Shown here: positions 62,501-64,000 of the stretch, in pieces
Layout of the letters: each line of letters opens with the position of its first letter
Position numbering within the stretch: position 1 is the stretch's first letter
Assembly: GCA_004431415.1 (NCBI GenBank)
Contig: QPMI01000572.1
Location: 1 to 64,000 of the forward strand
DNA length: 64,000 nucleotides
Reading direction: 5' to 3'
From: Cyanophora paradoxa CCMP329
Taxonomy: Eukaryota > Plantae > Glaucophyta
The notes under the pieces: model-generated
Told to the model about the DNA's origin: nothing
Databases searched by the model: none
Seen by the model: the letters and a program-made list of their open reading frames with translations, nothing else
Program-made: the position numbers and the translations under genes

Positions 62501-64000
62501 AGAGCTCGCCGCAGAGCCGCACGGACACGGGCACGTCGCCCTCCGGCAGGTACCGCCCTGCGACCGTTTCGGACTGTCACTTGCGAAGCATGATCGATAT
62601 CACGATCGTCGAGAACCAGTGAACGGGGAGCGCGACCTTTTACGGTGACGAGCAGTTGCCCGGCATTGTTCACAGATGCGACGGAGGGCGTCACGTGATC
62701 GATAAGAGAATCTGCGAACAGCACCGCATTAGAATAATGTTTGAATCAATGATAGAGACGCAGAACACGCACTGATACTGATCATCGTAACCGAGGCGCG
62801 GGCAGCGGAAACGTTTGAGTACACTTCAAATTGGAAAAAGTCCGTGAAAATGGCAGCCGGATCTCTAGAGACGGTTATTCGAAGCTCGTTCGGAAGCGTC
62901 GTGGAGAAGCCAGCCGCAGACGAGCTGGTTTCGACCGAGAGTCGAACCGGACGACTGGCGACCGCGACGAGGTCCTGCTTTCGAAAGTAGACCGGCACGC
63001 CGGCGCGAAGCACGTGAACAGTGCAAAAGGCGGAAGACGCAATTGTGACCACTCTCGACGTGCAATTCAGCGAGACGACAAGAGGCGCCGATTCAAATAC
63101 GAGGACATTAGTTTCTTGGACGCGCGAGCACGATGACGAGTCTCGGCGGTCCGCGCAGAGCCACGTCGTGAGCACGCCGGGACCCGTCTGGGGAGAAAGC
63201 GGAGCAAACATGGTGCTTCTCCATGAGGTGCCAACACCCGTAACATTCCCGGCAGCCAGCAACGGTCCGTTCAGTGTCCCCATCCCCGTCAGCGCCACGT
63301 ACATCGGCGCCGTCCAGAGCGGCTGCCCGTTGCGCAGCGGCGTGTGCGTACAATTCAACGCTCCTCCATCGGGCAACGACGCATCTGCATTGTTCGGGCT
63401 GCAGACGGTCGCAGCTGTATTCGGAATATCTGCGATTGCGAAAATATGGTCGACGTTCGGAAAACATGACCGAATGCAATGGATTTGATGGCATTAGCAG
63501 AAACGAACCAATAGAGACCACGTGCGCGGATGCATTTCCAGGCGACACGGAAAGTCCTCCTGGGCCTGTGACCGGGAAGGCCGGCAGCGTCGTGTTCACC
63601 ACAAACTCGGCGCTCGCCCCAACGAGTGCTGGAAGGCTGTGAGGGCTTCCGAGGACACCGAACCCTGTGATTCTGCAGTCGAACTCGGGCGTTGGCCGTA
63701 TTCCATAAATAATACGATGCGTATACAAATGCGAAACGCACGACAGCATCGAAGCGCGAGCCCAGACAGGCACGCCGGACTTCAGCGGAGACAGCGAGCA
63801 CGAAAGTGGGGATCCCGCGCGCAGCAGGATCGTTTCTGCCGGCAGCAGAGTCTCCAGCAACATCAGCCCCGGAGTGCAGTTGACCGTCGCCGAGTCCGGC
63901 CGCGCTACCACAGCCACTGGTATCGCGCTGTGGAATTCGCAAGAGCCGTTCAACGAACACATGAGCACGACAAGCGACGCCATGCCGATGCGGGGGTAGG
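55203..64000 (-). CDS. 3' part of a giant membrane protein: long beta-rich ectodomain plus multi-TM TRP/Flc(Pkd2)-like domain
   Basis: Ectodomain exons rich in V/T/S/C (59.7-64 kb). TM1 AASALTAAVAAALAASVVASAVG, then a poly-Gly linker, then SPISMVQHVQKVVLVGMLASDK|VPDSFRALGDGFSIF, VAFFTAVLAALVLVVHFIAV, GGYAPLYSNYTGDNFM|FMIVLFELFKMLTGAILIG and FFASLIGLMVLILDQL. Last exon ends NTFTVIP* at 55203. Confidence 0.6.
59228..59590 (-). repeat. (GGC)n microsatellite encoding a poly-Gly/Gly-Ala linker
   Basis: Long CCG run on the + strand (~59420-59560), read as more than 40 consecutive Gly in ORF 59076..59894. Confidence 0.9.

Overview
Nuclear DNA of a very GC-rich, intron-dense eukaryote, probably an alga or protist. 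A glaucophyte such as Cyanophora would fit, but that is an unverified guess. Most long six-frame ORFs are GC artefacts; the real genes are split by many short (~35-110 nt) introns. Gene models were spliced by eye, so boundaries are approximate. About 18 protein genes alternate in strand almost perfectly as head-to-head pairs. Recognisable products: pyroglutamyl peptidase I, pyruvate formate-lyase activating enzyme, PRA1, a B4GALT7-like GT7, an EXT1-like exostosin, a SulP/SLC26 sulfate transporter, a tandem-C2 protein, a CMD/AhpD protein, an SK-like K+ channel, a GLTP, and the 3' part of a giant TRP/Flc-like membrane protein. There is one tRNA-Arg(UCU). Main points of interest: (1) adjacent B4GALT7-like, EXT1-like and sulfate-transporter genes, a candidate glycosaminoglycan-like glycan cluster outside animals; (2) frequent GC-AG introns with a G(T/C)NCG donor; (3) a 1.7-kb mosaic of captured gene fragments inserted at the tRNA T-loop, flanked by a ~431-bp direct duplication; (4) a strand-polarised intronic GTACCCC motif and palindrome-saturated intergenic spacers.
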